From an uncultured Acidimicrobiaceae bacterium (GTDB lineage: Bacteria > Actinomycetota > Acidimicrobiia > Spongiisociales > UBA5794): 64,000 nt of DNA. Below the pieces are notes generated by a model. It did no database searches and was not told the DNA's origin. It was given only the letters and a program-made list of their open reading frames with translations. The position numbers and the translations under genes were made by a program. Of this stretch, positions 55,744 through 64,000 are shown in pieces. Location of the stretch: NCBI GenBank assembly GCA_964569015.1, contig CAZMSN010000005.1, positions 2,846 to 66,845 on the forward strand, written 5' to 3'. Positions within the stretch are counted from its first letter, which is position 1. Every line of letters begins with the position of its first letter.

Positions 55744-56865
55744 ATGACAGACAATCCAGAAATCCCGCTCCCAGCCGACATCGTTCCCGACGACGGGAGG
55801 TTCGGTTCGGGGCCGTCGAAGGTGCGAACCGAGATCCTCATGGAGCTCGGAGTCACCGGCTCCGGTTACATGGGGACCAGCCACCGGAGACCCGGCGTGC
55901 GCAGCGTGGTGGCTGCGATCCGTGCCGGCCTCACTGAGATGTTCTCACTGCCGGGCGGCTACGAGGTGGTCCTGGGTGTCGGAGGCGCGACGTTGTTCTG
56001 GGACGCCGCCTCGTTCGGCCTGATCCAGCGCCGCAGCCAGCACCTGGTGTTCGGAGAGTTCTCCGGCAAATTCGCTGCGGTGGCCGCGGCGGCGCCCCAC
56101 CTCGAGGATCCGCAGATCATCGAATCGGAACCGGGAAGGCATCCGCTGCCGGTGGCCGATCCGGACATCGATCTCTACGCCTTCACCCACAATGAGACCT
56201 CGACCGGAGTGATGATGCCGATCGAGCGGCCGGACGGCTCATCAGGCCTCGTGGCCGTCGATGCCACGTCCGGCGCCGGAGCGATGACGGTCGACCCGTC
56301 CCACTTCGACGCCTACTACTTCTCCCCGCAGAAGGTCTTCGGAGCCGAGGGCGGCTTGTGGGTGGCGCTGTGCTCACCCGCCGCAGTGAACCGCATCGAT
56401 CAGATCGCCGCCTCGGACCGATGGATCCCGCCGACCCTGTCGCTGGCAACCGCGCTCTCCAACTCGCGTAAGGACCAGACCTATAACACGCCGGCACTGG
56501 CAACACTGTTCCTCCTCCGCCGTCAGATCGACACCATGCTCGAGCTCGGCGGGCTCGAATGGGCGGTCGAGCGTTGCCAGGAGTCGTCGTCAATCGTCTA
56601 CGCATGGGCGGAGTCCCGCGACTACACCACGCCTTTCGTGACCGATGTCGCGATGCGCAGCACCACCGTGGCCACGATCGATTTCGTGTCCGACGTAGAC
56701 GCCAACACGGTGGCCGCGGTGTTGCGCTCCAACGGCATCGTGGACACGGAGAGCTACCGCAAGTTGGGGCGCAATCAGCTCCGGATCGCCATGTTCCCGA
56801 ACATCGAGCCGTGCGATCTCGAGAAGTTGACGGCGGCCATCGACTACATCGTCGAGCGCCTCTAG
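55744..56865 (+). CDS. serC: Phosphoserine aminotransferase (actinobacterial type)
   Basis: FGSGPSKV N-terminus, [15 protein letters not shown]-Lys region, 373 aa. Confidence 0.8.
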   Translation: MTDNPEIPLPADIVPDDGRFGSGPSKVRTEILMELGVTGSGYMGTSHRRPGVRSVVAAIRAGLTEMFSLPGGYEVVLGVGGATLFWDAASFGLIQRRSQHLVFGEFSGKFAAVAAAAPHLEDPQIIESEPGRHPLPVADPDIDLYAFTHNETSTGVMMPIERPDGSSGLVAVDATSGAGAMTVDPSHFDAYYFSPQKVFGAEGGLWVALCSPAAVNRIDQIAASDRWIPPTLSLATALSNSRKDQTYNTPALATLFLLRRQIDTMLELGGLEWAVERCQESSSIVYAWAESRDYTTPFVTDVAMRSTTVATIDFVSDVDANTVAAVLRSNGIVDTESYRKLGRNQLRIAMFPNIEPCDLEKLTAAIDYIVERL

Positions 56866-56906
56866 GACACTGCGGCCCAGCCGGCCGCGGCGCAGGCGGC
56901 CGCGTC

Positions 56907-57419
56907 TCAGCCCCGGAGTCGCTCGCTCAGGTCACCGATCTTCTCACCGCGGGAAAACTCGAATCGAAGATCGTGCCCCTCCGCCCGAAAGGCGAGGTGG
57001 TGGGGCCGCAGCAGCCGCCCCGGCCGATACCGCACCGCGCCGACGGAGGACCGGCAGTATGCGGCCGCCAAGGCGTCGCGCGAGTCCCCGAGAGCCCGGT
57101 CGAGGACCAACACCCGGCGCGTCGTCACCGCCAGGGTGACGTAGGGGCCGGTCAGGCGCGGGTCGTGGCGCCGGGCCATCGGCCGGCCCACCAGGAGCAG
57201 CACTGTCACGAAGCCGGCGACGACGATTCCCACGATGGCCGCCGCCCCCGTCCAGAATCCGAGGTTGGCGGCCCGCGGCACGGTGAGCGCGATCAGCACC
57301 GACACGGCGCCACCCAGGCTGGACCACGTCGTGAAACCCTCGATCACTCCCTGCACGGATGCCTCGAGTTTCTCACCCGCCTCGAGTTGAGTCTCGACCG
57401 CCGCTTCTCGTCGCGCCAT
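56907..57419 (-). CDS. Membrane protein with bacterial PH-like domain
   Basis: Two TM helices followed by a PH-like C-terminal segment. No further motif. Confidence 0.45.
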   Translation of the reverse strand: MARREAAVETQLEAGEKLEASVQGVIEGFTTWSSLGGAVSVLIALTVPRAANLGFWTGAAAIVGIVVAGFVTVLLLVGRPMARRHDPRLTGPYVTLAVTTRRVLVLDRALGDSRDALAAAYCRSSVGAVRYRPGRLLRPHHLAFRAEGHDLRFEFSRGEKIGDLSERLRG

Positions 57420-57485
57420 CTCGCCGCCTTCTCACCGGCTCGGCTGCATTCCTCCTCCAGAAGCTACTTCGGTATCGTGGCGCGC

Positions 57486-57998
57486 ATGAAACAGCTCCTG
57501 GTGATGCGGCACGCCAAATCCGACTGGGGAGGCGAGGTCGCCGATCACGACCGCCCCCTCAATCGCCGGGGCAAGGCCTCGGCGACCGTGATGGGACAGG
57601 TACTGACCCTCATGGACCACGAGCCTCAGCTCATCTACAGCTCGACTGCGGTGCGGGCCCGCACCACAGCCGAGCTCGCCGCCGGCGCCGGTGGCTGGGG
57701 CGCCGAGATCGAGCTGATCCCCGAGCTGTACGGCACCTCCTCCGCCAACGCCCTCGACGTCGTCAGCAGGGCCCCGCGGGCGATCCGCTCCCTGATGATC
57801 GTCGGACACCAGCCGACCTGGGGCGATCTCGTATCTGAGCTCACCGGATCCAACGCCCAGATCAGGACCGCATCGGTGATCGGCATCGATCTGGCGATCC
57901 TGGAATGGACGGAGACCCGCACCGGGCGCGCCGAGCTCGCGTTCGCCCTCCACCCCCGGCTGTTCATGGAAGGCAAATGGGGCGACCTGTTCGACTGA
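57486..57998 (+). CDS. sixA: Histidine phosphatase (SixA-like phosphohistidine phosphatase)
   Basis: RHAKS (RHG-like) motif at the N-terminus and IVGHQP near the C-terminus. Confidence 0.65.
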   Translation: MKQLLVMRHAKSDWGGEVADHDRPLNRRGKASATVMGQVLTLMDHEPQLIYSSTAVRARTTAELAAGAGGWGAEIELIPELYGTSSANALDVVSRAPRAIRSLMIVGHQPTWGDLVSELTGSNAQIRTASVIGIDLAILEWTETRTGRAELAFALHPRLFMEGKWGDLFD

Positions 57999-58268
57999 GC
58001 GGCCGTGTCCTCGAAGGGAGCCAGGCGAAAGGATCCCCGGCGGACGACTCTCGGCTCGGGCCTGCGGCGCGAAGGTGCCGGCACGACCTACACCAAGAGA
58101 CGGCCCAGCCTGCCGGATGCACCGCTGCGCTCACTACGATGAGGGCGCCGCCGGGATGCTGATGGAGCGGGTGCCTGTGGTGAGAGCCACCGGCCAACCA
58201 GTTGATGCAACACCGGCACGCACCGTGGTCGAGCATTGTCCTGGAGAGAAGCGGTAGGGGAATCGAAA

Positions 58269-58604
58269 ATGAGAATCGCGGTACCAGTGAGTGACGGCGT
58301 CCTCTGCCGCCACTTCGGCCACTGCACGACGGTGGCCTTGTTCGAAGTGGACCCCGACACGTCGACCATCCAATGCCGACAGGACCTGATCCCGCCGCCT
58401 CACGAGCCCGGAGTCCTTCCCCGCTGGCTCAACGAGCAGGAAGCCACGGTCATCATCAGCGGCGGCATGGGAAGACGGGCACAGGACCTCTTCGCCCAGA
58501 ACGGCATCACCGTGGTCGTTGGCTCGGTCGGCGAGCCCGAGACGATCGTCGAGGACTACCTGGACGGCCGGTTGGAGACGGACGACAACTTCTGCGACCA
58601 CTGA
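58269..58604 (+). CDS. NifX/NafY-like dinitrogenase FeMo-cofactor-biosynthesis-domain protein
   Basis: MRIAVPVSDGVLCRHFGHC signature of the NifB/NifX C-terminal domain family. ATG 58269 is preceded by GGAGAG/GGGGAA. Confidence 0.6.
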   Translation: MRIAVPVSDGVLCRHFGHCTTVALFEVDPDTSTIQCRQDLIPPPHEPGVLPRWLNEQEATVIISGGMGRRAQDLFAQNGITVVVGSVGEPETIVEDYLDGRLETDDNFCDH

Positions 58605-58642
58605 CCCGTCCGCCCGGACACCGGGCAGAAAGACAGAACCTG

Positions 58643-59545
58643 GTGAGGACCGAGCTCGAATGCATCCCGTGTCTCTTGAGGCAGAGCCTCGAGGCAGCCC
58701 GGTTCGTCACCGAGGACCCTGCCATCCACGAGCTCGTGATGCGGGAGACCTTGCGCACGGTGGCCGACCTGGACTTCCTCGAGTCGCCACCCACGATTGC
58801 GCAGGTCGTTCACCGCAGGCTGCGTGAGCTCACAGGTGACCCCGACCCCTATCGGTCGGCCAAGGCTGCCGCCAATCGCCTCGTCATGGCATTGCTGCCG
58901 GAGCTGGCCGCCGACGTGGAGCGGGCGCCCGACCCACTGCTGGCAGCGGTCCGGCTGGCGATCGCAGGCAACGTCATCGACCTGGCAATAACCGCCGATC
59001 TCACCGAGGCCGTGACCTGTCGGGCGCTGCAAGACGCGTCACGCGAGCCGTTCCACGGCGAGTGGACGGAGTTCCGCCGAGCACTGGCCGACGCGACGGA
59101 CATTCTCTATCTGGCGGACAACGCCGGCGAGATCGTCACCGACCGCCTGCTCATCGAGCAGATCGGCCCGGCGCGGGTGACCATGGCCGTCCGTGGCCAC
59201 GCGGTCATCAACGACGCAACTCTCGCCGATGCGCGCGATGTCGGTCTCTGCGAACTCGTCGAGGTGGTTTCCAACGGCTCGGACGCGCCGGGCACGATCC
59301 TCGACGACTGCGATGCCTCGTTTCGCGAGCGATTCCGGAACGCCGATCTGCTGATCGCCAAGGGACAAGGCAACTTCGAGACGCTCAGTCACGCCGAGGA
59401 CGACGAGGACACGAAAGACGGCGTCTTCTTCCTCTTCAAGGTGAAATGCCCGGTGGTCGCCGGCCAGGTCAACCTGCCGGTCGGTTCCCAGGCGCTGGTT
59501 CAAGCCCATCCGACCCGGCCCGTGCTCGATCCCGGAACCGCCTGA
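58643..59545 (+). CDS. DUF89/ARMT1-family metal-dependent phosphatase-like protein
   Basis: N-terminal ELECIPCLLRQ and C-terminal DNAGEIV...KGQGNFE motifs. GTG 58643 lies 38 nt after the NifX-like stop. Confidence 0.55.
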   Translation: MRTELECIPCLLRQSLEAARFVTEDPAIHELVMRETLRTVADLDFLESPPTIAQVVHRRLRELTGDPDPYRSAKAAANRLVMALLPELAADVERAPDPLLAAVRLAIAGNVIDLAITADLTEAVTCRALQDASREPFHGEWTEFRRALADATDILYLADNAGEIVTDRLLIEQIGPARVTMAVRGHAVINDATLADARDVGLCELVEVVSNGSDAPGTILDDCDASFRERFRNADLLIAKGQGNFETLSHAEDDEDTKDGVFFLFKVKCPVVAGQVNLPVGSQALVQAHPTRPVLDPGTA

Positions 59546-59643
59546 GCAAGCACACGGCTCCCTTGGAAGCCGGCGCCGTCATGGCAACCGGTCGAACCGC
59601 AGCCGCCTCCGGAGCGGCAGATCGATTCCGCCGTACTCCCCGG

Positions 59644-60648
59644 TCACGACCCGGTCAGGGCGAGCCCCACCATGCCGACGATGGCGATCACCGCGCCCAC
59701 GAAATACCACGGCGGCGGCCGGTGCTTCTCCAGCCACCTGGCGAACGGAACGCTGATCAGGGGGGCAACGGCGGCGATCGCCTGTACCTTGCCCGGCTGC
59801 ATGGTCTGCAGTGCCCAGACCATGCAGGTGACGCCGAGGATGGGGCCAAACAGGGCGTTGGCGCCGACCCAGGGCCATGCCTTCTCCGGCGGCGACTCGG
59901 CGCTCTCGTCGGCATCGCCGGCATCGGCGGTGACGCCTTCGACGGGGGTCCCCGCCGGACCGAGCGCGGCCCGGGCCCACGAAACGCGCCGGGAAGCCCA
60001 CCACACCGCCAGGAACACCAACAGCGCCACACAGAAGCCGCCGGTGAGGCGATCGAAGGCGGCCGTGAACACGTAATCGAAGCTGCTGCCGACCTTCACC
60101 TTCGGGCCGTCGGGAACAGCCTGCACCGTCTGCTGAACAGCGATCAGAGCCTTGCGGCTGATCACAGCGCTGATCCCCTGTGCGATCGCCGCGATGCACG
60201 CCAGCGTCACACCACTCGCCGCCCCGACCCGCCGGGCGGCGCCCCTCACGTAGGGGAGCAGGCCGATGACCACTCCGGCCAGGACCACCAGGCACCAGAC
60301 GATCTCCTCGCCGGTGAGCCGATCGGAGAACCACACCCAGGCCAGCACGGCAGCGGCGAAGGCGGCCACGGTCTCTACCACCAGTGAGGCCAGCGGCGCC
60401 CCCAGCGGCGGCAGTGCCCGGAACATCGCCAGCCCCCCGATGCCGAACCCGATCGCCCCCGCGGTAGCGAACATCCAGTACTCGGTGCCGAGGCCCCTGC
60501 CGACGGTGAATGCCAGCACGCCGATCACACCCAGGGCAATCAGCAGCCGCAGCAGATTGGCCCTCACAAACCCGAGCAGCCGGATGGCGCGTCGGGCACA
60601 GACCGGGGTGATGCCGTAGAACAGTGCGGTGAGGCTGGCCCCGATCAA
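59644..60648 (-). CDS. EamA/DMT-superfamily transporter
   Basis: About 10 TM helices in two EamA repeats. TTG start overlaps the stop of the NuoE-like gene. Confidence 0.65.
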   Translation of the reverse strand: MIGASLTALFYGITPVCARRAIRLLGFVRANLLRLLIALGVIGVLAFTVGRGLGTEYWMFATAGAIGFGIGGLAMFRALPPLGAPLASLVVETVAAFAAAVLAWVWFSDRLTGEEIVWCLVVLAGVVIGLLPYVRGAARRVGAASGVTLACIAAIAQGISAVISRKALIAVQQTVQAVPDGPKVKVGSSFDYVFTAAFDRLTGGFCVALLVFLAVWWASRRVSWARAALGPAGTPVEGVTADAGDADESAESPPEKAWPWVGANALFGPILGVTCMVWALQTMQPGKVQAIAAVAPLISVPFARWLEKHRPPPWYFVGAVIAIVGMVGLALTGS

Positions 60649-61148
60649 CCTGCGGCACCCCGGAGCGCAGCGACGATGTCGGTGACCTTCTCCGGGGTGA
60701 GGTCGCCGTATGCCTCGTCGTTCACCAGCATCGCCGGGGCCTGGTCACACATGCCGATGCAGTTGGCCCACTCCAGCGTGAACAGTTCGTCCTCGGTTGT
60801 CTCCCCAAATGACACGCCCAGCTCGCGCTCGAGCTGATCGGCCACCGCCTGCTTGCCTGCGAACTCGCAGCTGAGCGTCCGGCACATCCGGATCACATAG
60901 CGGCCGGTTCGTCGTGTGCCGAGGAACGAGTAGAACGTGGCCACCCCATAGACCTCGACGGGTGGCACGTCCAGCCGGTCGGCGATCACCTGCATCGCCA
61001 GGTCGCCGATCTCCCGATACCGCTCGCGTAGGTCCTGCAGCACGGGGATGAGCGCATCGCGGCTCCGTCCGTGGCGCTCCACCAGAGCGTCGATCTCGTC
61101 GACCAGCTCCGCCTGTTGCGCGGTCAGCTCGGGTGGCACGGTCAGCAT
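60645..61148 (-). CDS. NuoE-like [2Fe-2S] thioredoxin-fold subunit (HydC/HndA-type)
   Basis: CRTLSCEFAG ... CIGMCDQAP cluster-binding motifs. The ATG overlaps the HydA stop. Confidence 0.8.
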   Translation of the reverse strand: MLTVPPELTAQQAELVDEIDALVERHGRSRDALIPVLQDLRERYREIGDLAMQVIADRLDVPPVEVYGVATFYSFLGTRRTGRYVIRMCRTLSCEFAGKQAVADQLERELGVSFGETTEDELFTLEWANCIGMCDQAPAMLVNDEAYGDLTPEKVTDIVAALRGAAG

Positions 61149-63118
61149 GCGGAATCCTCCCTCTCACGATCACCGCCGGCGGCTATGAACGTCCCCCGCG
61201 CGGTGTACTCGGTGTGCAGCAGATGGTGACTGGTGTGCCCACACGGGCCGTCCGTGAGCAGCTCCTGGTAGAGACGGAGCACCGCCGGGTTCTCGTGGCT
61301 CTTGCGTGCCCGGCCCGCCTCGCCGTAGGCGGAATCCTCGGCGTAGATGGCCCTGGCCCGTGCTGCGCGGATCTCCGGAGTCGTCGGGATCGGCTGACCG
61401 CCACCGCCGAGGCATCCTCCCTCGCACGCCATGAACTCGATGAAGTGACACTCGCTGAACTTCCCACCCGCCTTGATGTCCTCCATCACCTTGTGGGCGT
61501 TGGCGGTGCCGTGCGCCACCGCCAGCTTCAGCGTCGCTCCCCGCAGCCAGTCCCAGTTGGGAACCAGGTGCGCGATCAGCTCGGGCACCGGGCCCACCTC
61601 ATCGGGGATCGTCAGCTCGACATAGCGGCACCCTTCGAAACCACGGACCGGCACGATGTCGGCGTGCTCGAACAGGCTCTCCACTTTCGTTCCGGTGACG
61701 AACTCGACGACGCTGCGCAGTGCCGCTTCCATGACGCCGCCGGTGGCCCCGAAAATCACGCCTGAACCGCTGGCGGTCCCGAACGGGTCGTCGAAATCGC
61801 TCTCGGGCATGTCCGGCAGGTGGATGCCCGCCTCTCGGATCATCTTCGCCAGTTCGCGGGTGGTCAGGGCGCAGTCGACGTCCTGGTAGCCGCTGTCGCT
61901 CATCTCGGGACGCTCGCACTCGTACTTCTTCGCCGCGCACGGCATCAACGACACGGAGACGACGTTGGCGGGATCGAGGCCGTTCGCTTCGGCGTACCAG
62001 GTCTTGATCAGCGATCCGAACATCTGCTGCGGGCTCTTGCACGTCGACACGTTCGGCAGGTACTCGGGGTAGAAGTGCTCGATGTACTTCACCCAGCCCG
62101 GGCTGCACGACGTGAACTGGGGCACCGGCTGCGAATCGTCGCCGAGCACCAGGTTCTTGTAGAGCCGCAGGATGAGCTCGGTGCCCTCCTCGATGATGGT
62201 GAGGTCGGCGGCGAAGTTGGTGTCGAAGACCCGGTCGAAGCCGCACTCCCGCAATGCCGTGTTCATGTGCCACGTCATCGGGGTGCCCGGCTCCTGGCCA
62301 AACTCCTCACCGATGGCCGACCGCGGCGCCGGGGCGGTCTGGATGACGACATGCTTGGCGGGATCCTCGATGGCGACCCACACCTCGTCGGTGGAATCGA
62401 CCGCCTGGAGCGCCCCGGTCGGGCAGCGGTTGATGCACTGCCCGCAGTTGATGCAGACCACGTCGGCCAGCGGCAGGTCCAGGTAGGTGGAGATCGTGGT
62501 CCGGTCGCCGCGACCGACTACGCCGACCGCGCTCACGCCTTGCATCTCAGCGCAGGTGCGCACGCAACGCAGGCACTGGATGCACTTGTTCATGTCCCGC
62601 ACGATCGAGGAGCCAATGCGGTCGATCGGCAGGGGCGGCCGGTCACTGGTGCCGAGCCGGAACGAATCCACGCCGTACTCAACAGCGAGGTCCTGCAGCT
62701 CGCAGTTGCCGTTGCGCACACAGGTGATGCAGGCGCCCTGGTGCTCGGAGAGCAGCAGGTCGATGACGTCCCTGCGGGCCCTGCGGACCCGAGAGCTGTG
62801 AGTGTGCACCTCCACCGGCGCCGTGATCGGGAAGGCGCAGCTCGCCTGGAGGTTCCGCTGCCCGGAGACCTCGACCACACAGACACGGCAGACGCCGGCC
62901 TCGGGCAGGTCCGGGTGGTGGCACAGTGTCGGGATGGTGATACCGCACTGCTGGGCGGCATCGAGGATGCTCGTCCCCAGAGGGACCCCCACCTGCCTGC
63001 CGTCGATGGTGACCTCAACTGTCCCGATGGCTGCGGTGTCTGCTCCGCCTTCGAGGGTTCCGACGCTCGTCTCAGGCGCTGCCGCATCGCGGTCGGGGCA
63101 GGAATCTTGTTTGCTCAT
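61142..63118 (-). CDS. hydA: [FeFe]-hydrogenase catalytic subunit (HydA, M3 type)
   Basis: N-terminal 2Fe-2S and His-ligated and 2x[4Fe-4S] ferredoxin-like domains (CIQCLRCVRTC, CINCGQCINRCP). H-cluster motifs L1 FTSCSPGW (variant), L2 MPCAAKKYE, L3 EFMACEGGCLGGGGQP. ATG 63118 is preceded by GAGGAG. Confidence 0.85.
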   Translation of the reverse strand: MSKQDSCPDRDAAAPETSVGTLEGGADTAAIGTVEVTIDGRQVGVPLGTSILDAAQQCGITIPTLCHHPDLPEAGVCRVCVVEVSGQRNLQASCAFPITAPVEVHTHSSRVRRARRDVIDLLLSEHQGACITCVRNGNCELQDLAVEYGVDSFRLGTSDRPPLPIDRIGSSIVRDMNKCIQCLRCVRTCAEMQGVSAVGVVGRGDRTTISTYLDLPLADVVCINCGQCINRCPTGALQAVDSTDEVWVAIEDPAKHVVIQTAPAPRSAIGEEFGQEPGTPMTWHMNTALRECGFDRVFDTNFAADLTIIEEGTELILRLYKNLVLGDDSQPVPQFTSCSPGWVKYIEHFYPEYLPNVSTCKSPQQMFGSLIKTWYAEANGLDPANVVSVSLMPCAAKKYECERPEMSDSGYQDVDCALTTRELAKMIREAGIHLPDMPESDFDDPFGTASGSGVIFGATGGVMEAALRSVVEFVTGTKVESLFEHADIVPVRGFEGCRYVELTIPDEVGPVPELIAHLVPNWDWLRGATLKLAVAHGTANAHKVMEDIKAGGKFSECHFIEFMACEGGCLGGGGQPIPTTPEIRAARARAIYAEDSAYGEAGRARKSHENPAVLRLYQELLTDGPCGHTSHHLLHTEYTARGTFIAAGGDREREDSAC

Positions 63119-63143
63119 GCTGATTCTCCTCTGCTTCCTGCGC

Positions 63144-64000
63144 TCAGACCGCCGCAGCGGCGCGGTCGAGGATCTCGGACCGGTGATGCTCGACGATGGA
63201 CAGGAAGACGTTCGGACTGGATTGCCCCAGCCCGCACTTCGAGGCCACCTGCATCGTGCTTCCCAGGTCACACAACTCTTGGAGGTAGCCGGTGGAGCAC
63301 TCCCCACGTTTCAGCATGCGGATCCCGTTCAGGATCTTGACGTTGCCCACCCGGCACGGAGTGCACTGCCCACAGGACTCGTCGACAAAGAACTCCATGA
63401 AGTTCTCGGCCACGTCCAGCAGGTCGCGGTCCGGGCCGATCACGATCACTGCACCCCCGGTTGCCACGTCCTCGTAGCAGATCCCCCGGGAGAACTCGGC
63501 GGCGGGCACGCATCGCCCGGAGGCTCCCCCGACGACGACCGCCTTGGCTTCCTCGCCACCGGCCGCTGCCAGCAGGTCCCGGATCGTGACTCCCATCGGG
63601 AACTCATACACACCCGGGCGTTCCACGTCACCCGAGATGCTCAGCAGCTTGGGACCGGTGGAGCCATCGGTGCCGATGCCCTTGAACCACTCGACGCCGT
63701 TGGCCAGGATGGCAGCCGCCCAGGCGAAGGTCTCGACGTTGTTCACCGTCGTCGGCAGCCCGTGCAGGCCGGTGCTCACCGGGAAGGGGGGACGGTTCCG
63801 CGGCTCGCCCCGCTTGCCCTCCAGGCTCTCGAGCAACGCCGTTTCCTCTCCACACACGTACGCTCCCGACCCCATGTGAATGTGGATATCGAAGTCGAAA
63901 CCCTCGTTGCCCATGACGCCGGCTCCGAGCAGGTTCGCGTTCCGGCGCCGTCCCAGACATTCCTCGAGCCGGTCCCGCAGATAGGTGTACTCGGCCCGCA
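63144..64000 (-). CDS. NuoF-like FMN/NADH-binding flavoprotein subunit of the hydrogenase (HydB/HndC), 5' end beyond window
   Basis: GSGAYVCGEETALLESLEG and 4Fe-4S ESCGQCTPCR motifs. The reading frame stays open to the window edge. Confidence 0.8.
   Translation of the reverse strand, partial: RAEYTYLRDRLEECLGRRRNANLLGAGVMGNEGFDFDIHIHMGSGAYVCGEETALLESLEGKRGEPRNRPPFPVSTGLHGLPTTVNNVETFAWAAAILANGVEWFKGIGTDGSTGPKLLSISGDVERPGVYEFPMGVTIRDLLAAAGGEEAKAVVVGGASGRCVPAAEFSRGICYEDVATGGAVIVIGPDRDLLDVAENFMEFFVDESCGQCTPCRVGNVKILNGIRMLKRGECSTGYLQELCDLGSTMQVASKCGLGQSSPNVFLSIVEHHRSEILDRAAAAV

Noticed and set aside
57999-58268. Possible cobalamin riboswitch (GCCACCG resembling the B12-box GCCACUG)
   Set aside because: Only one short element resembles the consensus; other conserved riboswitch regions were not recognisable, and the downstream genes are not typical B12-regulated genes.
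59062-60387. 441-aa plus-strand ORF overlapping the EamA transporter
   Set aside because: Arg/Gly-rich artefact; the minus-strand frame encodes a coherent 10-TM transporter.
61820-63340. 506-aa plus-strand ORF antisense to hydA
   Set aside because: High-GC antisense artefact; hydA on the opposite strand has unambiguous hydrogenase motifs.
1-64000. CRISPR arrays, IS elements, rRNA
   Set aside because: No regularly spaced direct repeats, no transposase or integrase-like ORFs, and no rRNA-like conserved stretches were seen on either strand.

Overview
GC-rich chromosomal core segment with clear Actinobacteria-like synteny, mostly housekeeping genes. In order: dut, tRNA Gly-Cys-Val cluster, nrdR, LysM gene with three SOS (LexA) boxes, lexA, dapF-miaA-miaB-rny, recA-thpR-cinA-rimO, ftsK, rnj-dapA, dapB-pepR, gdh, lhr, aspC/serC. 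No CRISPR array, rRNA, transposase, integrase or prophage-like content was seen. The parts that stand out against this background are: (1) the 3' end of the window carries a trimeric, bifurcating-type [FeFe]-hydrogenase module (NuoF-like partial, HydA, NuoE-like, EamA transporter), and HydA has a Cys-to-Ser change in the L1 H-cluster motif; (2) a VWA protein plus MoxR/CobS-like AAA+ ATPase pair whose Walker A and Walker B metal-coordinating residues look swapped; (3) two paralogous coiled-coil proteins sharing a conserved C-terminal peptide; (4) recA carries a LexA box plus a possible PafBC-type promoter, sits in a Deinococcus-like thpR(ligT)-cinA context and is followed directly by rny with no recX; (5) Lhr helicase is followed by an atypical kinase-like protein rather than Nei2 or MPE; (6) an AroQ (type II dehydroquinase)-alpha/beta-hydrolase fusion in which the hydrolase nucleophile Ser is replaced by Glu; (7) miaA has no canonical in-frame start codon. 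All protein calls are from motif recognition in the supplied translations; the supplied track labels ATG, GTG and TTG starts all as M, so starts were re-picked by checking the sequence for ATG/GTG plus an SD-like motif where possible.
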